A model generated the notes under the pieces. The model had not been told where the DNA came from. It saw only the letters and a program-made list of their open reading frames with translations, and did not search any database. From an uncultured beta proteobacterium (lineage in GTDB: Bacteria; Pseudomonadota; Gammaproteobacteria; Burkholderiales; Rhodocyclaceae): a stretch of DNA of 64,000 nucleotides. The DNA lies in NCBI GenBank assembly GCA_903946745.1, contig CAJAWW010000011.1, forward strand, positions 2,368 through 66,367, read 5' to 3'. Of the stretch, positions 20,359-31,426 are shown one piece after another. Numbering within the stretch: position 1 is the first letter of the stretch; every line of letters starts with the position of its first letter. The translations under genes were made by a program, and so were the position numbers.

Positions 20359-21368
20359 GAGCTCACCGGACGCACGGCTTTTAGAAAATACGCAGCGAGA
20401 TTTTCAAGAAACAACAACTGATTGAGCGGATGCCGCGCACTGCGGCGAAATTGCAGAATCTCACGCCATGCCGCGATCAGGGTGGCAGCGTGCAGTCGAC
20501 TGACGTCGCGGGGACGCGCCCAGCCACGGTGATAACGCACGGTTCCGGCCATGGATTCCTGTGCCAGATCGAATATCCAGCGCTGTACGCCATCCACCAG
20601 ATTTTCCAGCCGAAACGGGCCGTCGCCTTTAATCATGCCATCCCAGCGCGCCGCCAGCGCCACCGGATCGGTCGGCGGTGCGCTCAGGCTGTCGATCAGC
20701 GCATCGAGTACCGGCAATTGACCTTGTTGCTCCCACTGCAACACGCGCGCGGGTGCCCCACCGGCGAGATCAAGAAAACGCGCCTTGTCGGCGCCGAGTC
20801 CGTTTTCGGTCATCCACGTCGCGGCATCGGTCGTCGCCGGAGCACCAAAACCGATAGCGCGGCAGCGACTGCGTATTGTCGGCAGCAAGGATCTTGTTTT
20901 AGAAGAAACTAATATAAAATAAACATTTGGCGGTGGTTCTTCAAGTATTTTAAGAAGTGCATTTGCAGCCGCCGGATTCATTGCATCGGCCTCGGTAACC
21001 AGCACGATGCGTTTGCCGTTGCGGTGACTTCCCACAAACACGAAGTCTTCCAGCGCACGAATCTGGCCAATCAGAATACTGGTCGACTTCTTTTTGGCTT
21101 TTTCACTGACACCCTCTTCGGCCTCATCAGCACTTTCCGGCGCGATACGGCGGAAATCCGGGTGATTTTCGGTGGTGAACCAGTGACAGCCCTGACATTG
21201 ACCGCAGGCAACCAGCAATTTTCCCGGCGATTCACACAGCAGCAAAGCCGCCAGTTGCACGGAAAACTCGGCCTTGCCAACCCCGGGAGGCCCGACCAGC
21301 AGTAGCGCATGGGGCAATCGATGCAGCCCACCCGCCAGCAGTTGGTTCCATATTTCTTTATTTAACAT
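20355..21368 (-). CDS. holB: DNA polymerase III subunit delta prime
   Basis: 337 aa, [15 protein letters not shown], a zinc-module cysteine pair (CGQCQGC) and [13 protein letters not shown]. Confidence 0.85.
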   Translation of the reverse strand: MLNKEIWNQLLAGGLHRLPHALLLVGPPGVGKAEFSVQLAALLLCESPGKLLVACGQCQGCHWFTTENHPDFRRIAPESADEAEEGVSEKAKKKSTSILIGQIRALEDFVFVGSHRNGKRIVLVTEADAMNPAAANALLKILEEPPPNVYFILVSSKTRSLLPTIRSRCRAIGFGAPATTDAATWMTENGLGADKARFLDLAGGAPARVLQWEQQGQLPVLDALIDSLSAPPTDPVALAARWDGMIKGDGPFRLENLVDGVQRWIFDLAQESMAGTVRYHRGWARPRDVSRLHAATLIAAWREILQFRRSARHPLNQLLFLENLAAYFLKAVRPVSS

Positions 21369-21976
21369 AGAGTTGAAACAATCGATGCAACTTCTTGGTT
21401 AATGTCTTCCAGACGCTTGCAGGCGTCGATCAGCCGAACCCGCTGCGGGTTTGCTTGCGCGATCTGCAAATACGCTTGACGCACCCGCTCAAAAAATGCG
21501 GCTTGCTCCCGCTCAAAACGATCCGGGTTAGCCGTGGCGGCATGCAGACGCTGTTGCGCTACGGCAACCGGCGCATCGAAAATCAGCGTCAGATCCGGCG
21601 TCAGATCACCCAGTGTCCAGACTGCAAGTTGTTGGAGTTTATCCAAAGACATCCCGCGGCCGCCGCCCTGATAAGCGAACGATGCATCGACAAAGCGGTC
21701 ACAAATCACCCACTCGCCGCGCGCCAGCGCCGGTTCGATGACCTGCGCGACATGTTCGCGGCGGGCGGCAAACATCAGCAGAGCCTCGGTTTCCAGATGC
21801 ATGGGCTCCGACAACAACAAGGCGCGCAGTTTTTCGCCCAGCGGCGTGCCGCCCGGCTCGCGCGTTGCCACCACGGTTCGTCCCTGCGCACGCAAATGGC
21901 TCACCAGCCAGGCGTGCTGGGTGCTCTTGCCGGCACCGTCGATGCCCTCGAAAGTAATGAAACGTCCGCGTGTCAT
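21362..21976 (-). CDS. tmk: Thymidylate kinase
   Basis: [20 protein letters not shown]-loop start. The track ORF (to 22198) overlaps mltG and was trimmed to the ATG at 21976. Confidence 0.9.
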   Translation of the reverse strand: MTRGRFITFEGIDGAGKSTQHAWLVSHLRAQGRTVVATREPGGTPLGEKLRALLLSEPMHLETEALLMFAARREHVAQVIEPALARGEWVICDRFVDASFAYQGGGRGMSLDKLQQLAVWTLGDLTPDLTLIFDAPVAVAQQRLHAATANPDRFEREQAAFFERVRQAYLQIAQANPQRVRLIDACKRLEDINQEVASIVSTLC

Positions 21977-21983
21977 GCTGGGG

Positions 21984-22973
21984 TTATCGCCTTTGGTATT
22001 TATTGACTGCTGCGTTGTGCGCGTCGAGCGTGGCGGAAAACTGGCTGGTGCCGTCGCCACGGGCGACAAAATAGACCATATTGCTGGTGGGCGGTAATGC
22101 GGTTGCCAACAGCGAGGCCTGCCCCGGCATGGCGATCGGTGTCGGTGGCAGCCCCGCACGGGTGTAGGTATTCCACGGCGTATCGGTTTGCAAATCAATT
22201 TTGCGCAGATTGCCGTTAAAAGCTTCGCCGATGCCGTAGATCACCGTGGGATCGGTTTGCAGCAGCATGCCCCGGCGCAGCCGGTTGACGAACACGGCGG
22301 CCACCTGTGGGCGGTCGGCGGGCAGCCCGGTTTCTTTTTCAACGATGGAGGCCAGAATCAACAGTTCGTAAGGCGACTTCAAGGGCGATGTTGCCTCACG
22401 TTTTGTCCAGGCCGCATTCAGCCGCGTTTGCATGGTCTTGTAAGCGCGGCGCAGCACATCGAGATCGCTGCCACCTTTGTCGAAGCGATAGGTATCGGGG
22501 AAAAACAAGCCTTCCGGATGTGTTTCGGTGGCACCGATCTGTTTGAGAATCTGCGCATCGGTCATCTTTTGCGAGACATGCGCAAGATCCGGGTGCTCAT
22601 TTAGCACGCTGCGGAACTGACGGAATGTGCGGCCTTCGACCAGTACTAGTTCGCCTTGCGTCACATCGCCGCGCGCCAGTTTGTCGAGCAAGCCCAGCGG
22701 GGTGATGCCCTGCTCCACCTCGTAGCTGCCGGCCTTGATCTTGGCCGAATGCCCCATGACCCGCCCCAGCAAGACGATTTGCCACGCCCGAAGATCAATG
22801 CCAGCCGCTTCAACCGCTTGCGCAGCCGTGCGCAGCGAACCGCCGGCTGGAACGATAAAGCTGGTGGGGGTGTTCTGCAACTTTAGCGGGCGCACCGCAA
22901 TAAAAGTCGCGCCAGCGATCACTGCGATGATCGCAAGCAACACCAGCAGGAGGATAATTTTTAGTGCGCGCAT
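21984..22973 (-). CDS. mltG: Endolytic murein transglycosylase MltG (YceG-like)
   Basis: N-terminal TM anchor ([21 protein letters not shown]) and a YceG domain ([23 protein letters not shown]). Confidence 0.9.
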   Translation of the reverse strand: MRALKIILLLVLLAIIAVIAGATFIAVRPLKLQNTPTSFIVPAGGSLRTAAQAVEAAGIDLRAWQIVLLGRVMGHSAKIKAGSYEVEQGITPLGLLDKLARGDVTQGELVLVEGRTFRQFRSVLNEHPDLAHVSQKMTDAQILKQIGATETHPEGLFFPDTYRFDKGGSDLDVLRRAYKTMQTRLNAAWTKREATSPLKSPYELLILASIVEKETGLPADRPQVAAVFVNRLRRGMLLQTDPTVIYGIGEAFNGNLRKIDLQTDTPWNTYTRAGLPPTPIAMPGQASLLATALPPTSNMVYFVARGDGTSQFSATLDAHNAAVNKYQRR

Positions 22974-23076
22974 GCGTGTCAAAGATGAGTCTTTGCTTGA
23001 AAGAATGCTGTCTGGACACCATGTGAACTGACTACGCGATGATAGCATTCCCAACCTCTCGATCCGGACGCAGAAC

Positions 23077-24081
23077 ATGACTCAAGAATGGAATTCCCTG
23101 CTTGCTCACCAAGGTTTGACGCCCGATGCTGTCCACTTTGGCAACCCCGCCGGCGAACTGCTCGCCGCGCGTGACGGCGGAGTGGTTGCGCCCTTGCTTG
23201 ATCTGGGTGTAATTCGCGCCAGTGGTGAGGACGCGGCTGCGTTTTTGCACAATCTGGTGAGCAACGACGTCAAGGGGATCGATGTAAGCCACGCGCGCTT
23301 TGCCGGCCTTTGTACGCCAAAAGGGCGGCTGCTTGCGCTGCTGCTGATCTGGCGTGAAGGTGACGATCTGCTGCTGATGCTGCCGCGTGACATTCTGCCG
23401 GCCATTCTCAAACGCCTTTCGATGTATGTGCTGCGTTCCAAGGTCAAACTCACCGACGCGACTGAGCAGCGGGTATTGATCGGTATTGCCGCACCCAACC
23501 TACCCGCTCCGGTCTCATCGCTGCCACCATTTGGCGTATCCATCACGGCCAGCGGTCAGTGGCTACGTCTGGATGACCGGCGCTGCTTACTGGTCTGCAC
23601 CCCGGAGTCAGCCATCGCACAGTGGCCGCAACAAATTGCCAATGCCCACCCCGTCGGCACTGCCGCGTGGCAATGGCTGGAAATCGCCGCCGGCCAACCA
23701 CGCGTGGTGGCCGCCACACAGGAAGCCTTCGTGCCGCAGATGCTCAACATGGAATTGCCGGCCGTGGCCGGCGTCAGCTTCACCAAAGGTTGCTATCCCG
23801 GTCAGGAAATTGTGGCCCGCACCCAGTATCTGGGCAAGGTCAAACGCCGCACTTACCGCGTCCGGCTGGCGAGTTATGCGGCACCCGGGACGCATGTATT
23901 CGCCCCGGAAACCGGTGCGCAGCATTGCGGCACACTGGTCAGCATCGCCCCCAGCCCGGACGGCGGCCATGAAGCGCTGGTCTGCGTGCAGATCAGCGCC
24001 TTTGAAGCCGGTGAACTCCATGTCGGCACGCCCGATGGCGAGTGTCTGGAACGCTTGTCCCTACCCTACCCGATCAGCTGA
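23077..24081 (+). CDS. ygfZ: Folate-binding Fe-S cluster repair / tRNA-modifying protein YgfZ
   Basis: 334 aa, aminomethyltransferase-like with the diagnostic KGCYPGQEIVAR motif. Confidence 0.85.
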   Translation: MTQEWNSLLAHQGLTPDAVHFGNPAGELLAARDGGVVAPLLDLGVIRASGEDAAAFLHNLVSNDVKGIDVSHARFAGLCTPKGRLLALLLIWREGDDLLLMLPRDILPAILKRLSMYVLRSKVKLTDATEQRVLIGIAAPNLPAPVSSLPPFGVSITASGQWLRLDDRRCLLVCTPESAIAQWPQQIANAHPVGTAAWQWLEIAAGQPRVVAATQEAFVPQMLNMELPAVAGVSFTKGCYPGQEIVARTQYLGKVKRRTYRVRLASYAAPGTHVFAPETGAQHCGTLVSIAPSPDGGHEALVCVQISAFEAGELHVGTPDGECLERLSLPYPIS

Positions 24082-24104
24082 TTTCGCCGCCAATTTCGTT
24101 ACCC

Positions 24105-24911
24105 ATGTGCCTGATTCTCATCGCTTGGCACGCGCATCCGGATTACCCGCTGGTGGTGGCGGCCAACCGCGACGAGTTTTTTGCGCGCCCCACCGCCGCT
24201 GCCGGGTTTTGGGTCGATGCGCCGTCAGTGCTGGCGGGACGAGATCTGGAAGCGGGTGGCACCTGGATGGGCATCACCCGTACGGGGCGTTTTGCTGCGC
24301 TGACCAATTTTCGCGATCCGACGCAGCACCGGCCTGACGCGCCCTCACGCGGGCATCTGGTCGCCGATTTTCTGCGTGGCACGGATGCGCCGGCGGCGTA
24401 CCTGGAACGCATTGCCCCGATTGCCCGGCGCTGCAATGGCTTCAATCTGCTGCTGTCTGATGGCGAAAGCCTGTGGTGGTCGGCCAGCACGGGCGATGCG
24501 CAGCTGAGGGCGAAGTTGCTAACGCCGGGTGTGTATGGCGTCTCCAACCATCTGCTCGACACACCATGGCCAAAAGTCGACGCTGGGAAGACGGCATTGG
24601 CGGCCGCCATCACGCGCCTGCCGGATGACCTTGGCCTGTTTGAACTGCTGACCAATGAGGCCATTCATCCCGACGAAGAGTTGCCGGAAACCGGCGTCGG
24701 GTTGGAATGGGAACGACTGCTGTCGAGCGCCTTCGTCAAGGGCGAGAACCATGGCTATGGCACACGCTGTTCAACCGTGGCATGGTTCGGTGCCGATAGC
24801 AGCTTCGTGTTTGACGAGCAAAGCTGGCTGCCCGGCGCGCAACGGGGCTCACGCAGCCGATTTTCAATCCAGCCTCAGCTCAACTCGGGTCGACGCGCTT
24901 CCACCGTCTGA
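24105..24911 (+). CDS. NRDE-family protein (TANGO2-like, DUF833)
   Basis: MCLILIAWHAHPDYPLVVAANRDEFFARPT carries the family-defining N-terminal Cys and NRDE motif. Start trimmed to the ATG at 24105. Confidence 0.8.
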   Translation: MCLILIAWHAHPDYPLVVAANRDEFFARPTAAAGFWVDAPSVLAGRDLEAGGTWMGITRTGRFAALTNFRDPTQHRPDAPSRGHLVADFLRGTDAPAAYLERIAPIARRCNGFNLLLSDGESLWWSASTGDAQLRAKLLTPGVYGVSNHLLDTPWPKVDAGKTALAAAITRLPDDLGLFELLTNEAIHPDEELPETGVGLEWERLLSSAFVKGENHGYGTRCSTVAWFGADSSFVFDEQSWLPGAQRGSRSRFSIQPQLNSGRRASTV

Positions 24912-27900
24912 CGATACAGCGCCAGCTCGGCACGCAACGCAGCAACCTGCGTGCGGGCATCGTCGCCCAGTGCCACACGCAGTGCCTGTTCCACGGTGAG
25001 CGCAAGTTTTTGCAGCCGATTCGCACCGACACTCGCGCACGTGGATTTCAGGGTGTGGGCACACCGCTCGGCGCTGGCGCGGTCGTTTCCGTCGATAGCG
25101 GTTTCCAGATCACTGAGGGTTTGTCCGGCATCTTCCAAAAACAGATCAACGAGTTCCATCGGCTGAATTCCCGCTCCTGCAGTGATTTCAAGCAACATTG
25201 CACTGTCGAATACAACATCGGCGATCTCGTCACCGGAAGTGCGCGTTGCCGGTGGCGGCGTGGCGCTGCTCTTTTGATTGAATTGATGGGTTTGATGGGT
25301 TTGATTGGGCGATGGTAGCCAACGCGCCAGCGTGGCAATAAAGTTGGCTTCACGGAAAGGTTTGGCGATGAAATCGTCCATGCCCGCATCCATCGCCAGC
25401 ACGCGGTCGTTATCGAAAGCATTGGCGGTAAATGCAACAATAGGAACATGACGCGGCGACGATGAGTTTTCTGCCTCCAGCGCGCGGATGCGCTGTGTTG
25501 CCTCATGCCCACCCATGACCGGCATCTGCACATCCATCAGAATCAGATCGGGGGGATTGGCGAGATACGCATCGAGCGCCAGTGCCCCGTTTTCGGCAAC
25601 GGTGACGCGCAGCCCGTTTTTTTCCAGCAGTTCGCTGGCAACACGGGCATTGATCGGATTGTCTTCAACCACTAAAACCGTGCAACCGTTCCAATCCGAC
25701 GCCCGGGCAAGCCCCCCCGTGAGTGCTGCCGACGGTGACGCCCGCACCTCCACCTGAGGCAAAATCAGATCAAACCAGAAGCGACTTCCCTGCCCTTCCC
25801 GGCTCTCGACACCGATATGGCCGCCCATCGCATCAATCAGGCGTTTGCAGATGGCCAGCCCCAGCCCTGTGCCACCAAAGCGGCGGGTGGTGGATGAATC
25901 GGCCTGGAAAAACGGCATAAACAACTTTGGCACAACCTCGGGCGCGATCCCGATGCCCGTATCGGCTATGTCAAAACGCAAGTGCAAGGTGGCATTTTCC
26001 CGCTCGGCAACCTGCAAGCGCAGATCGATGCACCCCTGGTGGGTAAACTTGATTGCATTGCCAATCAGATTCACCAGCACCTGCCGCAAACGATTGGCGT
26101 CACCGAGCACTTGTAGCGACGCATCCTCATCGATCGCTATGCGCAGTTCAATCTGCTTTTCCATGGCGCGACCCAGCATCAGCGCCGAGGTTTCGTTCAG
26201 CAGCGCCACCGGTGAAAATGGCCGTGCCTCGATCTCCATCTTGCCGGCCTCAATCTTGGAATAATCAAGAATGTCGTTGAGTATCACCAATAAGGACGCC
26301 CCGGAATCCTTGATGATCTTCAGGTATTCCTGTTGCTCATCATTCATCTCCGTCATCTGCAGCAGGTCGGTCATTCCCAGCACACCGTTCATTGGCGTCC
26401 TGATTTCATGGCTGATGGTGGCCAGAAACTCGCTTTTGGCACGACTGGCGGTTTCAGCGGCATCGCGTGCATTGAGCAGTTCATTTTGAAACAAGGTGCG
26501 CTCGGTAATGTCCTGGTAGAACCAGCTACGGCCATGTACCGTGCCGTCTTCACCGATCACCGGGGCGGTATGGCGCTCGAACACACGGCCGTCTTTCAAG
26601 AGGATTTCATCGCGCCGATGCAGTTCCGGTTGGCCATAGATTTGATCCACCCGTTGCATGAAGCCATCGGGATCAGCGAGTTGCGGCAACATGAAATCCA
26701 GGGCATTGTGGCTCTCGGATTGCTTGATGATCTCGACAGGAATGCTCCAGATGGTGAGAAAGTGGAGGTTCCACAATATCCAGCGCCGATCCGGGGAAGC
26801 CACCAGCACGCCGGTCGGGGATGCCTCGATCAATGACGCCAGCAGCGTGCGCTGAAAGGCCGTGCGCTCGGCACTTTCACGCAGTTCCGCCGTCTTTTTT
26901 GTCACCAGAGCCGTGACGCGGCGATTGCCGGCCAGCAGCAAATGAATAATAAAAACCGTGCTCAAAATCGCGCAGATGCCAAAACCCAGCAACAAGAGGG
27001 CGATGCTCACACCTTCAAATTTGGCCAGCGCCGGTGCGGGCATCACCAGCAGTTGCCATTCCAGCCCCGCCAACATGATCGGCATGGCCACCGTGTCTGT
27101 GTGCGATTTCAGTTCTCTGATGGGTATCGGTTTGCTGCTCTTGTCAGCACGGAAACTGATGAGTGCCGCGCTATCAGGTGCCGCTGCGGGATCGATCAGC
27201 GCCAGATCGAACATCCGTACCCCTTGCCCGGCGAGCGCCAGTTCGATCAGTGGATCGATACGCACCAGCGCGGTGACGAAGCCGGTGAGGGCTTCCTGTC
27301 GTTGCAGGACAGTATCAAGCGCCGCACCCCGGACATACACGGGCAGCAAAAGCAGCACGCTGACCTGCTGCCGCTCGGCGCGCACCCGCACCACGGGCAT
27401 CACTGCCGCCAATTCACCGCTGTCTCGCGCGGCATCCATGACCGCACGGCGAACCGGATCTGCCGCCAGATCCAGCCCGACAGGCGGCGCATCGCCGACA
27501 TAAGGCTCCATAAAGCGCACCGGGAAGCGGTCGTATTCCGTCGCGGTGGCGGCCTTGATGCGCGGTGCCCATTCGATGGTCTGAACCGCCAGACGTGATT
27601 CCATCGTCGGTTGCACAAAGTCGATAAATTGCGGCTCGGTGACGGAGGGCACCGCAGTCAGCAGATGGCGAACGGCCATCATCCGTTCACCGACCAGCAA
27701 AAACCGGTCACGAATGGTGGCGGCATAGTCACTGGCGTAATGCTTGATGGTTTCAGTGTGCCGTTGCGCTTCCAGATTGCGCTGCACCGAATAAAAGGCC
27801 AGCGTGAATGAAAGGCCGATCACGGCAACAACACCGGTCACCCATCCGTAAGTGGAACGATTCATAAAAAAGTGCGTCAGCTTATTCACCGTAGGCGTCA

Positions 27901-27916
27901 CCGCGTGCTTCATCAC
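24875..27916 (-). CDS. Hybrid sensor histidine kinase: TM-CHASE-TM-PAS-HisKA-HATPase-REC-HPt
   Basis: 1013 aa. Periplasmic CHASE-like region (FPVRFMEPYVGDAPPVGLDLAADPVRRAVMDAARDSGE), H-box SHEIRTPMNG, G-boxes, a receiver domain (DLILMDVQMPVMGG) and a C-terminal HPt (HTLKSTCASVGA). Its 3' end overlaps the NRDE gene 3' end by 37 nt (convergent). Confidence 0.9.
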   Translation of the reverse strand: MMKHAVTPTVNKLTHFFMNRSTYGWVTGVVAVIGLSFTLAFYSVQRNLEAQRHTETIKHYASDYAATIRDRFLLVGERMMAVRHLLTAVPSVTEPQFIDFVQPTMESRLAVQTIEWAPRIKAATATEYDRFPVRFMEPYVGDAPPVGLDLAADPVRRAVMDAARDSGELAAVMPVVRVRAERQQVSVLLLLPVYVRGAALDTVLQRQEALTGFVTALVRIDPLIELALAGQGVRMFDLALIDPAAAPDSAALISFRADKSSKPIPIRELKSHTDTVAMPIMLAGLEWQLLVMPAPALAKFEGVSIALLLLGFGICAILSTVFIIHLLLAGNRRVTALVTKKTAELRESAERTAFQRTLLASLIEASPTGVLVASPDRRWILWNLHFLTIWSIPVEIIKQSESHNALDFMLPQLADPDGFMQRVDQIYGQPELHRRDEILLKDGRVFERHTAPVIGEDGTVHGRSWFYQDITERTLFQNELLNARDAAETASRAKSEFLATISHEIRTPMNGVLGMTDLLQMTEMNDEQQEYLKIIKDSGASLLVILNDILDYSKIEAGKMEIEARPFSPVALLNETSALMLGRAMEKQIELRIAIDEDASLQVLGDANRLRQVLVNLIGNAIKFTHQGCIDLRLQVAERENATLHLRFDIADTGIGIAPEVVPKLFMPFFQADSSTTRRFGGTGLGLAICKRLIDAMGGHIGVESREGQGSRFWFDLILPQVEVRASPSAALTGGLARASDWNGCTVLVVEDNPINARVASELLEKNGLRVTVAENGALALDAYLANPPDLILMDVQMPVMGGHEATQRIRALEAENSSSPRHVPIVAFTANAFDNDRVLAMDAGMDDFIAKPFREANFIATLARWLPSPNQTHQTHQFNQKSSATPPPATRTSGDEIADVVFDSAMLLEITAGAGIQPMELVDLFLEDAGQTLSDLETAIDGNDRASAERCAHTLKSTCASVGANRLQKLALTVEQALRVALGDDARTQVAALRAELALYRQTVEARRPELS

Positions 27917-28805
27917 ACGTCTCTGCGCATGCGCTGATGCGGGATGCCGGCTTCGAGAAACGTGTCACCTTCGGCCACAAATCCGCATTGTTCATAGAAG
28001 CCGCTGGCATGCGTTTGCGCATGCAGCACGAGCTCGCCGAGATGACGCTGTGCGGCTGCTTCCAGCAGGGACTCAAGCACCGCACGTCCGACACCACGGC
28101 CGCGCCATGCCGGCAGCACCGCCATGCGTCCGAGGTGCCCGTCCGGCAGCAAGCGTCCGGTGGCAATGGCCGCACCCGACGCATCGCGCGCCACCGCATG
28201 CTGGCTGCGGGCATCGTCATCGTCCCATTCAAGGGCTGCCGGAACCTGCTGCTCGTCAATGAACACAGCCTCGCGCAGCGGCCGGGCATGCGCCTGCTGC
28301 TGCCCCCAGTCAGCCACATCAACACAAAAGTCGACGATGGCGATACGGCAATACACGGGCACCCGGTCGAACAGCTCGATAATGTCGGCGTTACGCATAC
28401 GCACACAACCAATCGAACCGGGCGCGCCCATGGCGACGCTGTCCGGGCTGCCGTGCAGATACACATAACGACGCATGGTGTCGACATCACCCAAACGATT
28501 GAAGCCCGGTTGCTTGCCCGAAAGCCAAAGAATGCGCGTCAGAATCCAGTCGCGTCCCGGATACTGAGCGGCGAGTTGTGGCGTCCAGAGCTCACCGGTC
28601 GGCCGGCGTCGCACAAATACCGTATTCGGCACAGCGCCCGCACCAATTTTTGCCCGGACAATATGCGCGCCACGGGGCGTACAAAAGCTGCCATTGCGCT
28701 CACCGGCTCCGTTTTTGGCCGTGGATACCGGGTAGCGATGACTCAGGCGTCCGTCATCCGCATAAACTTCCAGTGTTTGTGCCGGCAGGCTGACACGCAG
28801 GCGCA

Positions 28806-28806
<1 letters not shown>
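27913..28806 (-). CDS. Fusion protein: L,D-transpeptidase-like YkuD catalytic domain (no signal peptide) + GNAT N-acetyltransferase
   Basis: N-terminal half has YLHGSPDSVAMGAPGSIGCVRM (the H...SxGC[IV]R YkuD signature). C-terminal half has the GNAT acetyl-CoA loop AVLPAWRGRGVGRAVL and GFYEQCGF. The start overlaps the tadA stop (TGATG) and the stop overlaps the kinase start (GTGATG). Confidence 0.8.
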
Positions 28807-30101
<1,295 letters not shown>

Positions 30102-30107
30102 TTAGCG

Positions 30108-30137
30108 ATCAATCAGCAATCAATCAATCAGCAATCA
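30108..30137. repeat. Perfect 15-bp tandem duplication (atcaatcagcaatca x2) in a convergent intergenic spacer
   Basis: Read directly: 30108-30122 equals 30123-30137. The second copy contains the stop codon of the HDOD gene (30135-30137). Confidence 0.9.
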
Positions 30138-31034
30138 CTCGTCGCTGGCAACAACTTCCCGGCAATCCTCCAGCAGCGCAACCAACTCGCTTTCGGAAAT
30201 ATCGAGCTGGCTCATGCACGCGGCACCGAGTTTGCCCCATTCCTGCGTTTGACTCAGGCCGGATGTCATTTGTATCAGATATTCAGCCACCTGAACGATG
30301 GCGATCAGCCGCCGGGCGGGCTCCGTCAATAGATCGAACAACTCGCCATCGATGGCCGATGCGTCATGGTGATGACGGATCGCCTGAATAATCTCATTCG
30401 GCAACAGCCAGTTCTTGGCCAGTTCTGCACCCACCATCGCATGGTTGATCGACAGTAAATGATCTTCGATGGCCGTAAAGGCCAGCGTGGTTTCTTGATT
30501 GGCCTGCTTGAGAATATGCGGATACTCCGGAAACGGAATCATCAGCACCGGAATACCGCAATCACGAAAAAGCCCGAGTGTATAGGCATCATCGACCATG
30601 ATCCCGGTACGACCCTGCAAGTGTGTCACCAGCCATCCTGAGACGCGGGCAGTCCGCGCCGCAGAATCCCAGAATCGCTCCAAGCTCGGCACATGGGGGA
30701 ACATTTGCCGCAACGCCAGGCTGGCAACGGTTTTAACCGTGACCGTCAGCCCCAGCATCAATAGCGCCTCGGATACGGATCGTACTTTCTTCGCGCCACC
30801 AAACAGCGGCGAATTGGCCACCTTGATAAGGCTGCCGGCGATGCCCACATCCGCACCGAGCACATCCGCGAGCCGCTTGAAATCCGGCTCGTCCTTGTGC
30901 ATCTCGCGGTCAATCTGATCGAGAATCGCTGGTCGCGGCGGAATACCGATGTTGCGTACCGCATTACCGATGCGCAACTCCAAGCCGTCGCCACAGGCGG
31001 TGATATTGACAGCTTCAGGGATGCGCGAATTCAT
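30135..31034 (-). CDS. HDOD-domain signalling protein
   Basis: 299 aa. LADVLGADVGIAGSLIKVANSPLFGGAKKVRSVSEALLMLGL is the typical HDOD core, with HD-like histidines further on (IRHHHD). Confidence 0.85.
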   Translation of the reverse strand: MNSRIPEAVNITACGDGLELRIGNAVRNIGIPPRPAILDQIDREMHKDEPDFKRLADVLGADVGIAGSLIKVANSPLFGGAKKVRSVSEALLMLGLTVTVKTVASLALRQMFPHVPSLERFWDSAARTARVSGWLVTHLQGRTGIMVDDAYTLGLFRDCGIPVLMIPFPEYPHILKQANQETTLAFTAIEDHLLSINHAMVGAELAKNWLLPNEIIQAIRHHHDASAIDGELFDLLTEPARRLIAIVQVAEYLIQMTSGLSQTQEWGKLGAACMSQLDISESELVALLEDCREVVASDE

Positions 31035-31085
31035 GCGTGCATTGTCGCGGAGGGGGAGCAGAGTCGTTATTTGGCGCGCGTGAGT

Positions 31086-31349
31086 TCAGCGTTTGATGAA
31101 GTCGATCATGACACCTTCCGGTTCGCGCTGGCGATAGGCGATCTCGATGTGATCTCCATAGCGGGCAGCCATCTGGTTAAGCAGCGGCAGCGGATCGTGG
31201 TCGTTCACAAAGCGCATGGTCTCACCCGGGTTGAGGGCGTCCAGCGCACCGAAAATAGCGGCGTGACGAAACCGTTTGGCAACACCGCGCGCGTCGAATG
31301 GATAGACCGCTTCTTCGGTCGTGTGATTGCAGGCGTGAATGGGGATCAT
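31086..31349 (-). CDS. DUF2249-domain protein
   Basis: 87 aa. FDARGVAKRFRHAAIFGALDALNPGETMRFVNDHDPLPLLNQM matches my memory of the DUF2249 pattern (RH...F..L..GE...VNDHDP.PL). Family assignment not verified by search. Confidence 0.6.
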   Translation of the reverse strand: MIPIHACNHTTEEAVYPFDARGVAKRFRHAAIFGALDALNPGETMRFVNDHDPLPLLNQMAARYGDHIEIAYRQREPEGVMIDFIKR

Positions 31350-31426
31350 GGCGAAAATCTCCTGATGGATAAACTGGATAAACGCGAAATGATAATTGAC
31401 CGTCCCCGGCGGATCTTTGATCTGCG

